Made by a program: the position numbers and the translations under genes
Shown: positions 1 through 9,490 of the stretch, one piece after another
Layout of the letters: each line of letters opens with the position of its first letter
How positions within the stretch are numbered: position 1 is the first letter of the stretch
The notes under the pieces: model-generated
What the model was told of the DNA's origin: nothing
Database searches by the model: none
Seen by the model: the letters and a program-made list of their open reading frames with translations, nothing else
DNA from: Nannocystales bacterium
GTDB lineage: Bacteria > Myxococcota_A > Polyangia > Nannocystales > Nannocystaceae
Assembly (NCBI GenBank): GCA_050633305.1
Contig: JBOEGF010000053.1
Coordinates: 1-52,586 of the forward strand
Length of the DNA: 52,586 nucleotides
Reading direction: 5' to 3'

Positions 1-85
1 TCAGCGTGGTCTTACCGTGGTCAACGTGACCGATGGTGCCAATGTTGACGTGCGGCTTGTCGCGAACGAACTTCTCTTTGGACAT
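1..85 (-). CDS. tuf: Elongation factor Tu, 5' end only (runs off window)
   Basis: Minus strand from ATG at 85 reads [28 protein letters not shown], the EF-Tu N-terminus with G1 box. AGGA lies upstream. Not in the supplied ORF track. Confidence 0.97.
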   Translation of the reverse strand, partial: MSKEKFVRDKPHVNIGTIGHVDHGKTTL

Positions 86-214
86 CTTGAATCCTGTCTA
101 GGTTTGGCTTGGAGCCGAAAGCTGTGCCGGGTTGCGGCGTCTGGTGCCTGGGCGCGGAGGCCCTGGCGAAGAGGAACTTTTTCAGCGGTTGCTGGGGGAG
201 AGGGGCTGAGGTGT

Positions 215-2362
215 TCAGTAGCCCCGGATGCGAGTGACGATTTCGTCTTGGACCGACTTGGAGACGTCGGAGTTGTGACTGAAGCGCATGGAGTAGCTCG
301 CACGCCCCTGGGTCGCCGAGCGCAGCGCAGTAGCATATCCAACTAGCTGTGCCAAGGGGACTTCGGCGCGCACGGTCTGTGCGTTCGCGCTGCCGGGGAT
401 GGGCTCCATGCCCGTGACCCTCCCTCGACGGCCGCTGAGGTCGGAATTGACGGCTCCGGTGAAGTCGTTGGGGGTCGCGACATCGACCGACATGATCGGC
501 TCGAGAAGTCGCGGACCTGCGTTTTCTACGCCCTCGCCGAAGGCCATCGAGGTGGCCGCCTTGAAGGTGCCCTCGTTGGTATCGGTCTCGTCGAACGCGG
601 CGTCCACGAGGGTGACCGCCATGTCTTCGACCGGGAATCCGAGCAGTGGACCCCGCGTGAAGCTGTCGCCCACGGCCTCCTCGACCGCGGCCACGAAGTT
701 CGCGGGAAGCAGTGGCTTCCCATCGGGCCCATCGCCGATCACGGAGGTGAAGAGGTTGCCTTCGCCCCGCTCGCGCGGAGCGAGTTCGATCACGACCTTG
801 GCGTACTGGCGCTTTCCGCCGATCTCGCGGTCGTACTCGAGTTCTTTGCGCACCGAGGTGGCGATCGTCTCGCGGTAGGCGACCTGCGGCTTGCCGACGC
901 GGACGTCGAGCTTGTACTCGCGCAGAAGCCGGTCAATGAGCACCTCGAGGTGGAGCTCGCCCTGGCCACACACGAGGGTCTGACCGGAGTCTGCGTCCTC
1001 GCGCAGCTTGAAGCTGGGGTCTTCGCGTTGGAAGCGTGCCAGGGCCTCGTCGAGGTTCTTCTGGTCGGCCGCGGTCTTGGGCTCGATGGAGCGGAAGATG
1101 ACCGGCTCGGGGATTTTCATGCCCGCCAGGACGACCCGCTCCTTGTCGGAGGCGGCGATCAGCGTGTCACCGGTGCCGGTGAACTTGAGCCCCACGGCCG
1201 CGACGATGTCCCCGACGGAAACCTCGTCGCACTCGGTGGTCTTGCTGGCGTGGATCTGAAGGAGGCGCTGGACCTTCTCCTTGCGCTTCCGGGTCGCGTT
1301 TGTGATCGCTTCGCGGGCCTTGAGGCTGCCGGAGTAGACACGAAAAAACACGAGCGCACCGCGGTGGGGGTCGTGGATGACCTTGAACGCCAGCGCGAGG
1401 AAGGGATCCGAGGGTGACGGACGACGCAGGACCGAGGGCGCGTCGTCGGCAACCTCGAGGTCCTTGCCAGCCACCTGGGCCTCGACCGGCGGAAGGTCGA
1501 GCGGCGAGGGAAGGTAGTCGATGATCGCATCGAGAACCGGCTGAACCCCCTTGTTCCGCAGCGAGGAGCCGCAAAGAACAGGGAAGCCCTTGAGCTCGAG
1601 CGTTGCGCGGCGGAGCGCGGCCTTGAGGTCGGCAGCGCCAATACTGGCGCCCTCGTCCTCCAGGTACATCTCCATGATGGCTTCGTCGACCTCGCCCAGA
1701 GCTTCGACGAGCGCGGAACGGGCTGCGGTCGCGTCGGCGAACAAGGCAGCGTCGATGGACTCGGTCAGCGGCGTCCGCTCGACGGTCTCGCCTGCGTCTC
1801 CTGCGAAGTGCAGCACCTGCATCTCGAGCAGGTCGACGACGCCGGAAAAGTCGTTTTCAGCCCCGATCGGGAGCTGGATGATCAGCGGGTGCGCCTCGAG
1901 GCGCTCTTTGAGGCTGTCGATGGTGATCGAGAGCTTCGCGCCGACCTTGTCGAACTTGTTGATGAAGACGATCCGGGGGACGCCGTAGCGACTCGCCTGC
2001 CGCCAGACGGTCTCGGACTGCGACTCCACACCCGCAGCGGCGTCAAACACCGCGACCGCGCCGTCGAGGACCCGAAGCGCTCGCTCCACCTCGACGGTGA
2101 AGTCGACGTGTCCGGGCGTGTCGATGATGTTGATCCGGTGCTCGTCCCAGTGGCACGTCGTGGCGGCCGACTGGATCGTGATCCCCCGCTCCTGCTCCTG
2201 GACCATGTAGTCCATGGTCGCGGCACCGTCGTCGACCTCGCCGATCCGGTGCGAACGGCCCGTATAGAAGAGGATGCGCTCCGTCGTGGTCGTCTTGCCG
2301 GCGTCGACATGGGCCATGATGCCGATGTCGCGGGTTGCGGCGATGGTGTTGTTGTCGACCAT
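215..2362 (-). CDS. fusA: Elongation factor G, divergent (spdEFG2/EF-G2-like)
   Basis: [39 protein letters not shown] and LRSATQGRA motifs; directly upstream of tuf. Confidence 0.95.
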   Translation of the reverse strand: MVDNNTIAATRDIGIMAHVDAGKTTTTERILFYTGRSHRIGEVDDGAATMDYMVQEQERGITIQSAATTCHWDEHRINIIDTPGHVDFTVEVERALRVLDGAVAVFDAAAGVESQSETVWRQASRYGVPRIVFINKFDKVGAKLSITIDSLKERLEAHPLIIQLPIGAENDFSGVVDLLEMQVLHFAGDAGETVERTPLTESIDAALFADATAARSALVEALGEVDEAIMEMYLEDEGASIGAADLKAALRRATLELKGFPVLCGSSLRNKGVQPVLDAIIDYLPSPLDLPPVEAQVAGKDLEVADDAPSVLRRPSPSDPFLALAFKVIHDPHRGALVFFRVYSGSLKAREAITNATRKRKEKVQRLLQIHASKTTECDEVSVGDIVAAVGLKFTGTGDTLIAASDKERVVLAGMKIPEPVIFRSIEPKTAADQKNLDEALARFQREDPSFKLREDADSGQTLVCGQGELHLEVLIDRLLREYKLDVRVGKPQVAYRETIATSVRKELEYDREIGGKRQYAKVVIELAPRERGEGNLFTSVIGDGPDGKPLLPANFVAAVEEAVGDSFTRGPLLGFPVEDMAVTLVDAAFDETDTNEGTFKAATSMAFGEGVENAGPRLLEPIMSVDVATPNDFTGAVNSDLSGRRGRVTGMEPIPGSANAQTVRAEVPLAQLVGYATALRSATQGRASYSMRFSHNSDVSKSVQDEIVTRIRGY

Positions 2363-2660
2363 GACGAGAGACTGGAGAGCGGAGCGGAACGAAGCGGAGA
2401 CGGTAGAACGGATGCGCCGAGTGGGCCGCTTCGGTCAGCCATCCAGTTCCAACCTTGCGGCGGAATGGGTGTGGCGTTCGAGGGCCCGGGTGGACAGACG
2501 AGGTCTGTCGCGGCCGCGGCCTGAGCACGTTTGGGTCGGCGGAACTGCCCGGAAGATGGAGAGTTCACGGCGCCGTGCAGGGCGTTGGCAAGAGTGTTGA
2601 GAGCGGCGTTAGAACAAGGAGTCGACTCCGAAACGGATTCTGCACCTACATCGGTGCAAG

Positions 2661-2695
2661 GGCCGCGAGTATAGACAGTTCAGTGCCAACAGCAA
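2661..2695 (-). promoter_or_regulatory. Putative sigma70 promoter for fusA-tuf
   Basis: Minus strand TTGCTG (2695-2690), 16-nt spacer, TATACT (2673-2668), then a GC-rich discriminator. Shares 13 nt with the rpsL upstream element. Confidence 0.65.
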
Positions 2696-2861
2696 CACCG
2701 TTTTTGTACAGTCCCCCTCCCCTCCGGATCCGGGGCCGGACGCGGTCCTGCGCCATGCCGAGTGGACTTCGTCCCGGTCGCGGTGAGGGCGCCGGGCAAC
2801 GGAGGCACGGAAGGCGGCCCGGATCTCACAGGGCGTTTTCGAGCCGGACGCCGCGGGTCCT

Positions 2862-3689
2862 TCACATCGTTCGCAGGAGCGTGCCCAAGCTGACCTCGAG
2901 CTGACTCCGCACGTTCCGCCAAACATGGTCCGCGGCCCCCTGCTCTGACAGCTCGGATTGCATGCGCTTCAAGATCTCGGCGCGCCCCTTTTGGAGGCGT
3001 CGAGAGATCGTCGCGGGATGCACGTCGAGGATGCGACCGATCTGCCGCAGGTCGAGCCCATCGACATAGTAGTAGCGCAGTAGCGTGCGATCAGCACCGT
3101 CGAGGTCCGCGAAGGCTTTGGCCAGCGCATCTGCGAACAGCCGCTTGTCCTCCGCCCTCAACGAGCGGAGTTCAGCATCGATGTCGTCCCCGAGCAGCCG
3201 GTCCGAAACCTCGGATGCCTCGCGCAGGGGGGACCGCCGTCTCCGCCACATGAGGCAGCGTCGGACGACACACGCGCGCAGCCATCCTCCCAAAGGACCC
3301 CGACCATCGTACTGCGTCAGGGTTGGAGGACGTGTTGCCGACCCGATCAACAGGGACGTCATGACGTCTTGCTCGAGGTCTCCGGCATCGTAGGCGCTCG
3401 CCCCTGCGGCTCGGATTCCGCGGGGGCAGAGCGTGCGAACCTGTTGGCAGAGCTGATGCACCGCGTCGGGATCTCCTTGCAACGCCGCCCACGCGAGAAA
3501 GCGATCCGCCAACTGTTCACCGGCGTCGTCCTCGCGGAGGCCGACCACGAAGGCGCTTGGGGGGGCGGTGATGTCGGGCCACCGCGCCGCGGCAGCCCGC
3601 ACGTCGTCGATCGACACCACGTCTCCGCTATCGCATCGCGTTGGAGAACCGTCCACCCCCGTCTCGGGGCTCTTGACAACGTCCGCCAC
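2862..3689 (-). CDS. ECF-type sigma-70 factor, Myxococcales type
   Basis: Region 2-like DLEQDV..YDGRGPLGGWLR and region 4 HTH DRTLLRYYYVDGLDLRQIGRILDVHPATISRRL. Start uncertain; alternative GTG at 3617 follows GGAG. Confidence 0.85.
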   Translation of the reverse strand: MADVVKSPETGVDGSPTRCDSGDVVSIDDVRAAAARWPDITAPPSAFVVGLREDDAGEQLADRFLAWAALQGDPDAVHQLCQQVRTLCPRGIRAAGASAYDAGDLEQDVMTSLLIGSATRPPTLTQYDGRGPLGGWLRACVVRRCLMWRRRRSPLREASEVSDRLLGDDIDAELRSLRAEDKRLFADALAKAFADLDGADRTLLRYYYVDGLDLRQIGRILDVHPATISRRLQKGRAEILKRMQSELSEQGAADHVWRNVRSQLEVSLGTLLRTM

Positions 3690-3736
3690 ACGCGTGCGGC
3701 GGGGTCGGGGAGTCGGATCACGCTATCCTGGTCCTG

Positions 3737-6700
3737 GTGACCGATAGCTCGGATTCGCGCGTCGGCGACTGTCCGCCGCTGCAACGCCTCCAGCAGTGCT
3801 TCGACCGCGAGCTGTCGGAGGCGGAGGGTGCCGCCGTCCATGCGCACATCGACGCGTGCGACGCCTGCCGCGAGTTCATGGCTGCGATGGCGCGGTTCGA
3901 AGAGGGCGCGGCCCCCCCACCCCCGCCGATCCAACAAGGCGACGAGGTGGGGCGCTACACGGTCGGACCGCAGCTCGGCGTGGGGGCGATGGGCGTCGTG
4001 TACGAAGCCTACGATCGCGAGCTTCACCGCCCGGTAGCCCTCAAGTTCCTGAGTCGCTCCGTGGTCTCCGGCCACTCCGAGCAAGCTCGCCTGTTCGACG
4101 AGGCCCGCGCGATGGCGCAGGTTTCCCACCACAACGTCGCGCAAGTCTACGAAGCCGCGGAGATCGCCGGGAGAGTGTTCATCGCGATGGAGCTGGTGTC
4201 CGGGCAGACGCTCGAACAATGGCTCGACGGCCAGAACTGGCGCACGCTCCTCGAGGTCTTCGCCCAGTCTGCGTGGGGGTTGGAAGCCGCCCACGCGAAA
4301 GGTGTCGTTCACGGCGACTTCAAACCCCACAACGTCCTGGTCTCCGAGTCTGGGGCGCCGAAGATCATCGACTTCGGACTCGCGGGCGTCGCGGCGCGCC
4401 GACCCCACGAGTCCCCGCGGCGCGACGAGGACGGAGCATCGCAGTCTCTGAGCGGCACCCCGCTGTACCTGTCCCCGGAGCGCTGGAGGAACGAACTCGC
4501 GGACGCGCACAGTGACCAGTTCGCGTTCTGCGTGGCGTTGTTCGGCGGGCTGTTCGATCGACAACCGTTTCCTGGCGGAACGCTGCGCGAGCTCGAAGCC
4601 AACGTCACGGCCGGGAACATCGACGTCCCGCACCGCGTATCAGGAGTCCCTACCCGGGTGCAGCGTGCGGTCCTGCGAGGCCTACGCGTCGCGCCATCGC
4701 AGCGGTGGCCGTCGATGGCCGCCCTCGCCATCGAGCTTCAAGAATGCCGAGTCGCCCACGCGCGGCGTCGGCTTTGGATCGCCGGGGCCGCGATCGCGGC
4801 CGTGAGTGGAACCGTCGGCGGCCTGGGAACCGTCGACACCAACACCTGCCCATCGCCGACCGAGTTCGCCGCCCAGCTCTGGAGCGCGCCGCAGCGCCGC
4901 GAAGTCGAGGAGAAGCTCCAGCCCGCCACGGGTCGAGCCGGCGAGGTCGCGCTGTCGGGCCTGGATGACTATGTCGAACGCTGGGCAACGAGCCGGGCCG
5001 AGGCCTGTGAGCGCTTGCGAAACGATGGCGGCGAGTTCACGGCGGCCCGCGTCGACCAAGGTTTGGAATGTCTGGCCGACGCACGGCGTGCGATCAAAGC
5101 GGCCGCGGCGGTCTTGGCCGCCACCCCAGCGGAGGACCTGACCGACCCCGTCGGTGCGCTGGAGCCCCTGCCCGACCTCGACTGGTGTGCCGGAGTTCAG
5201 GACATCGGAACTGAGCGCCTCGGAGAGGACCACCACCAGCACGGTGCCGTCCAAGCGGCCCGCGAAGCCCTCGCGACCGCCCGAGCCCTCCGCGGGATCG
5301 GTCAGCTCGAGGAGGCCAACCTGTCGGTCCAAGCGGCCGAGGCCACCCTCTCCGACGTGGACGGAGACCACCCGGTTTGGAGCGAGTTCCGGATCGTCCG
5401 GGGTCAAGTTCAGTTCGAGGCTCAGCGGTACGACGCCGCCAACGATGACCTGCTGCACGCGCTTCGAGCATCGATCCGCACCGGTCGGGATGGAAGCGCA
5501 TCCCAAGCCGCGCGGGCCCTTGCGTTGCTGCTCTCCTCGACAGACGGCAAACGAACGAACGAAGCGAGGGCCTACGCCCGCCTCGCCAAGGACCTCGCCT
5601 CGAAGCGGGGCGACGTCGCCGGAACCCTGGCCGCGGACTCTCGGCTGACGGCGATCGAGCTGTCCGCGGGCTCCTATGGCAAGGCACTCCAGCACGCCGA
5701 CGCTGCACTCGCGCTGCAGCAGTCTCGCAACTTGTCGGATCCCTTGCTGCGAGCCGCGCTCCGGATGGACCGCGCGGAGGCGCTGGGGTACTTGGGCCGC
5801 CTCCAAGAAGCCGAGAAGATCTACCGGCTGGCCCTTGCCACCACCGGGGACATCCTCGGCGAGGAGCATCGACGCACCGCGGTGGCACGTACAGGCCTCG
5901 CCGCGGCGCTGGGGGCCCAGGGAGACTTCGACGCGGCGCTCGTCGAACTCCGAGCTGCGCGCCGCACGTTCGAGGCCACCTTCGGCCCGGGCGACCGCCA
6001 CACAGTCGACACCACCCAGAACATCGCAGTCGGACTGCTCGGGCAGCGCCAGTTCGCGAGCGCGGAGCGGGAGTTCCGGTCCCTGTTGGCACTGCCTTCC
6101 CTGCCCGGCTCAGCTGCGAACCTGCTTCGTGTGCACTGCAACCTCGGCGCGGCACTTGTGGGGCAGGGTCTGTTCACCGAGGCGACCAACAACATCGAGG
6201 CAGCCCTGGGCGTCGCCGACCTCGAAGACGACCACGCGGTGGTGATGGCCTGCCACGAGGTGGTCGGAGGAGCACTGGCGGCCGCCGGAGAGTTTGCGCA
6301 AGCGGCAAAGCTCTACGCCGACCTCGTTGAGCAATGGCAACAACGAGGATCCCCGCGGCACCCCTCGCTGCTTCGGATTCGGCTGGAATTCGAATTCCTA
6401 CGCTGGCGTACCGGGACAGCGACCGCTGCCCAAGTCGCAGCCGAAGTCGAACGGATCAAGGAAGCGGCGCACGATGAGCTGGACCCCGCGCACGCAGTCC
6501 TCCTGCGAGCGGAACTCACGTTGGCGAAGCTGGCGGTTGCCCAACAGCAGCTGGATCGCGCCGACTCGCTCTATCGCGCGGCGTTCGAGGCCGCGAGTCC
6601 TGGTTCAGGCCTCCATGGGGAAACCCTCGTGGCGTTCGGCAGGTATCTGTTCCACTCCGCTCGGCACGCCGAGGTCGTCGATGTGCTGACGCCAGCTCGT

Positions 6701-6895
6701 TTGGCTGCGATGGACGGAGGCACGCGTGCGGAAGGGCTCTCGCTTCGTGGCTACGCTCTGTGGGAACTCGCCGAGGACCGACCCGCCGCCCGGGCGCTGG
6801 TTCAAGAAGCGGTTGAACACTACGAGCTGCGGCCCGGCAGTTTCCCCGCTCGAGCAACGCGGACCCGGGCTTGGCTCCTCGAGCACACGCCGTAG
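3737..6895 (+). CDS. Membrane Ser/Thr kinase with N-terminal HxxxCxxC zinc finger and C-terminal TPR repeats
   Basis: HIDACDAC; GVGAMGVVY, VALK, HGDFKPHN, DFGLA, GTPLYLSPE; TM helix RRRLWIAGAAIAAV; TPR repeats such as LGEEHRRTA and FGPGDRHT. Confidence 0.92.
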   Translation: MTDSSDSRVGDCPPLQRLQQCFDRELSEAEGAAVHAHIDACDACREFMAAMARFEEGAAPPPPPIQQGDEVGRYTVGPQLGVGAMGVVYEAYDRELHRPVALKFLSRSVVSGHSEQARLFDEARAMAQVSHHNVAQVYEAAEIAGRVFIAMELVSGQTLEQWLDGQNWRTLLEVFAQSAWGLEAAHAKGVVHGDFKPHNVLVSESGAPKIIDFGLAGVAARRPHESPRRDEDGASQSLSGTPLYLSPERWRNELADAHSDQFAFCVALFGGLFDRQPFPGGTLRELEANVTAGNIDVPHRVSGVPTRVQRAVLRGLRVAPSQRWPSMAALAIELQECRVAHARRRLWIAGAAIAAVSGTVGGLGTVDTNTCPSPTEFAAQLWSAPQRREVEEKLQPATGRAGEVALSGLDDYVERWATSRAEACERLRNDGGEFTAARVDQGLECLADARRAIKAAAAVLAATPAEDLTDPVGALEPLPDLDWCAGVQDIGTERLGEDHHQHGAVQAAREALATARALRGIGQLEEANLSVQAAEATLSDVDGDHPVWSEFRIVRGQVQFEAQRYDAANDDLLHALRASIRTGRDGSASQAARALALLLSSTDGKRTNEARAYARLAKDLASKRGDVAGTLAADSRLTAIELSAGSYGKALQHADAALALQQSRNLSDPLLRAALRMDRAEALGYLGRLQEAEKIYRLALATTGDILGEEHRRTAVARTGLAAALGAQGDFDAALVELRAARRTFEATFGPGDRHTVDTTQNIAVGLLGQRQFASAEREFRSLLALPSLPGSAANLLRVHCNLGAALVGQGLFTEATNNIEAALGVADLEDDHAVVMACHEVVGGALAAAGEFAQAAKLYADLVEQWQQRGSPRHPSLLRIRLEFEFLRWRTGTATAAQVAAEVERIKEAAHDELDPAHAVLLRAELTLAKLAVAQQQLDRADSLYRAAFEAASPGSGLHGETLVAFGRYLFHSARHAEVVDVLTPARLAAMDGGTRAEGLSLRGYALWELAEDRPAARALVQEAVEHYELRPGSFPARATRTRAWLLEHTP

Positions 6896-7047
6896 CGCGG
6901 TGTTCGGCCCTTTCTTCCGCTCGAGACGCAAACGGCCAGCGCGGATGCATCACCCGTAGGGGACCTCGCACAACACCCGGGCATGAACCCCGGGTGAGCG
7001 GCGCGTCCCGCGTTCCCGGGCGACCCGGGACGAAAGATCTGCGAACG

Positions 7048-8103
7048 ATGAAACTGGCCCAACCACGCCCTCGCCTTCCTTTCACTCTGGCCCGCAGCCT
7101 CGCCGTACTCACCGTGCTCGCGGCGTTCGGCTGCTCCAAGTCTCCGGACCCTGATTCGCCCGCGTCCCCTTCCGACACGGCGGCGGCTGCGGGTTGCGAC
7201 GCCGCAGCGCTCGATGCCGAGGCGACAGCGCTCCGCTCCGAGAGGTCCGATTGGCGAAACGACTCGGGCGTGCCGCTTCGTCAGGCGGAGCGCGCCCGAA
7301 CTGCACTGCGGACTGCGTGCCCGGCCAGTATCCTTGCCCCGTACGACGCGGCGTTGGCCAAGGCAACCGAGTCCAGCCGCGAGGGGAGACCGCTGCTCCG
7401 GAACGAAGGTGAAGACACGGCACGGGTGTGCCCGACCGCAGATGCTGCGGCACAGGACGCGTTGCGTCGCGAGGGCCACGAGCGCTCCGGGTTCCTCTAC
7501 GACGCCTGCGACCTCTCGCGATACGCAGCCGTCGTGGAACGAGACACCTTCGTCGCACTGCACGCCAACACGGGAGCAACGGTGCTGCTCGAGCTCGCCG
7601 AAACGCTCCGCGGCGCGGGTGTCTCCTCCTCCACCGCCGACGGTTTGGTCCGCGCGTTGGTGTTGCAGTCCGGCGTCAGCCCGCTGCAGCCACCGGAGCT
7701 CCTTCTGCCCGCGGCCCAGGGAGACCCGGTCCCTCGTCACGGATTTGCGGTCGCAGTGAGTTCCGAGGGCGTCGCAACCGGAGAGCTGTTCGGACCGCTC
7801 GAGCAACTCGCCGACCCCGATGGCCTCCTCGACATCCTCGGCGAAGCCGCGGACAAGCAACGGCAGCTCGCAAGCCGCTCCAACCCGCCAGGCGACGCAG
7901 GACCGTTCATCCTCATGGCCCATCGCGACACGACGGCCGCACAACTCGCGGCGCTGCTCGTCACCTTCGAGCGTGCGAAGGCAACCCGACCGATACTCCT
8001 CGTGCTCGACGACGATGCCGACACACCGTTCGCGGTCCGTGCCATCCCCGATGTCTCGTCCGAGTCCACCCAGACACTCGCAGAGCTGCTGCGCGTTCCC
8101 TGA
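7048..8103 (+). CDS. Lipoprotein with C-terminal ExbD/TolR-like periplasmic domain
   Basis: ATG at 7048, lipobox AFGC; C-terminal LPAA..FAVAVSSEG..FILMAHRDT..LAALL pattern resembles the ExbD soluble domain. Confidence 0.6.
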   Translation: MKLAQPRPRLPFTLARSLAVLTVLAAFGCSKSPDPDSPASPSDTAAAAGCDAAALDAEATALRSERSDWRNDSGVPLRQAERARTALRTACPASILAPYDAALAKATESSREGRPLLRNEGEDTARVCPTADAAAQDALRREGHERSGFLYDACDLSRYAAVVERDTFVALHANTGATVLLELAETLRGAGVSSSTADGLVRALVLQSGVSPLQPPELLLPAAQGDPVPRHGFAVAVSSEGVATGELFGPLEQLADPDGLLDILGEAADKQRQLASRSNPPGDAGPFILMAHRDTTAAQLAALLVTFERAKATRPILLVLDDDADTPFAVRAIPDVSSESTQTLAELLRVP

Positions 8104-8150
8104 GCGCTCCGGGAAGAGCAGCCCTTGTGCGGGCAGGAGAACAGGACACG

Positions 8151-8185
8151 AAAAAAGCGGCGGCCCCTGGTGGGGTCGCCGCTTT
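8151..8185 (-). terminator. Intrinsic terminator after rpsG
   Basis: Minus strand AAAGCGGCGACCCC-ACCA-GGGGCCGCCGC-TTTTTT. Confidence 0.85.
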
Positions 8186-8223
8186 CCTTCGCAAGTTCGA
8201 AAGATTCGAGAACGAGTACGCAG

Positions 8224-8712
8224 TTACCAACGGTAGTGCGCGAAGGCCTTGTTCGACTCGGCCATCTTGTGGATGTCTTCGCGCTTCTTGACCGCGGTTC
8301 CGCGGCTCTGAGCGGCGTCGAGCATCTCGTTGGCGAGCTTCTCGCTCATCGTTTTCTCGGGGCGAGCACGCGAGGCGTTGATCAGCCAACGGTAGGCGAG
8401 CGTCTGGCTCCGCTCGGGGCGGACTTCGACGGGCACCTGGTAGTTGGAGCCACCGACACGACGAGCGCGGACTTCGAGTCGCGGACGGGTGTTGGCGACA
8501 GCTTTTTCAAAGACCTTGACGGGGTCGTCCTTGGTTTTTTCCGAGATGATCTCGAAAGCGCCAAAGACGATCTTCTCCGCGGTGCTCTTCTTGCCGTCGA
8601 GCATGATGCCGTTGATGAAGCTGTTGATCTGCCGGTTCACATCCGCCGGGTGATCCGTGTATCGGATCTCCAGGAGGGGGCGAGGCTTGCGATTGACCGT
8701 TTTGCGGGACAT
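8224..8712 (-). CDS. rpsG: 30S ribosomal protein S7
   Basis: [41 protein letters not shown]. Confidence 0.98.
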   Translation of the reverse strand: MSRKTVNRKPRPLLEIRYTDHPADVNRQINSFINGIMLDGKKSTAEKIVFGAFEIISEKTKDDPVKVFEKAVANTRPRLEVRARRVGGSNYQVPVEVRPERSQTLAYRWLINASRARPEKTMSEKLANEMLDAAQSRGTAVKKREDIHKMAESNKAFAHYRW

Positions 8713-8763
8713 ACGTGGTCTTCCGTGGTCTTCCTAAGAGTAGGCCTGAGCGTAGGCAGAGGC

Positions 8764-9135
8764 CTACTTAGGACGCTTGGTCCCGTACTTGGAGCGGCGC
8801 TGGCGACGACCCGAAACACCGGTGGTGTCGAGCGTTCCGCGGATGACGTGGTAGCGAACACCGGGAAGGTCTTTCACACGACCGCCGCGAATGAGCACCA
8901 TGGAGTGCTCCTGCAGGTTGTGACCTTCACCAGGAATGTAGCTGGTCACTTCCATTCCGTTGGTGAGGCGAACACGAGCGACCTTGCGAAGGGCCGAGTT
9001 CGGCTTCTTCGGTGTGCTTGTGTAGACGCGGACACAGACGCCGCGTTTTTGTGGGCATGCCTTGAGGGCGGGAGCGGTCTTCTTGGCGAACTGACGCTCG
9101 CGTCCCTTGCGGACGAGTTGCTGAATGGTGGGCAT
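8764..9135 (-). CDS. rpsL: 30S ribosomal protein S12
   Basis: Starts [10 protein letters not shown] at 9135; [10 protein letters not shown] and [12 protein letters not shown]. The longer ORF-track start at 9294 is not the S12 N-terminus. Confidence 0.98.
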   Translation of the reverse strand: MPTIQQLVRKGRERQFAKKTAPALKACPQKRGVCVRVYTSTPKKPNSALRKVARVRLTNGMEVTSYIPGEGHNLQEHSMVLIRGGRVKDLPGVRYHVIRGTLDTTGVSGRRQRRSKYGTKRPK

Positions 9136-9235
9136 GGATGCCGAGTCCTTGGTTCGTTCTCGAGTGGCGGCCGACAAGGGCAGTGACTGCGGGCAGTCGG
9201 GTACGCCAAAATGCGAAGGCCTCGCACACGTGCGA

Positions 9236-9273
9236 GGGGCGGCCGAGTATAGACAGAACGGCTCTGGGATCAA
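9236..9273 (-). promoter_or_regulatory. Putative sigma70 promoter for rpsL-rpsG
   Basis: TTGATC (9273-9268), 16-nt spacer, TATACT (9251-9246), then GC-rich discriminator CGGCCGCCCC. Confidence 0.7.
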
Positions 9274-9490
9274 GCGCTGTTCACAGCCCGGCATCGGGCC
9301 CGCCTCACGAGCCGGATCCGTTCAGAATCGAGCGGTCCTCGCAGCGACCTCCTCCGGCCCGAGGGTTCCTGGGGGGGTCCCAAAACCCCATAAGATTCAG
9401 CCGGTTGAGTTCGTCACGGGCGCGATATGCCCCCGCCGCGCGTTCAGCGGGGCGGGCTGGCTACCTCTATAGTAAGCTTGGGGTCCTTTG

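Noticed and set aside
1..346. ORF-track calls 1..342 and 17..346
   Set aside because: The real coding sequences are tuf (85->1) and the end of fusA, in other frames.
6975..7030. CCCGGG-rich inverted repeats after the kinase gene
   Set aside because: Short GC-rich stems with no U-tract and no second copy in the window; not supportable as a REP element or terminator.
2363..8223. Mobile element as the cause of the str split
   Set aside because: No recombinase, terminal inverted repeats or target-site duplication could be found by eye.
8764..9135. Streptomycin-resistance alleles in S12
   Set aside because: PKKPNS and RVKDLP are wild type; only a conservative T->S precedes them.
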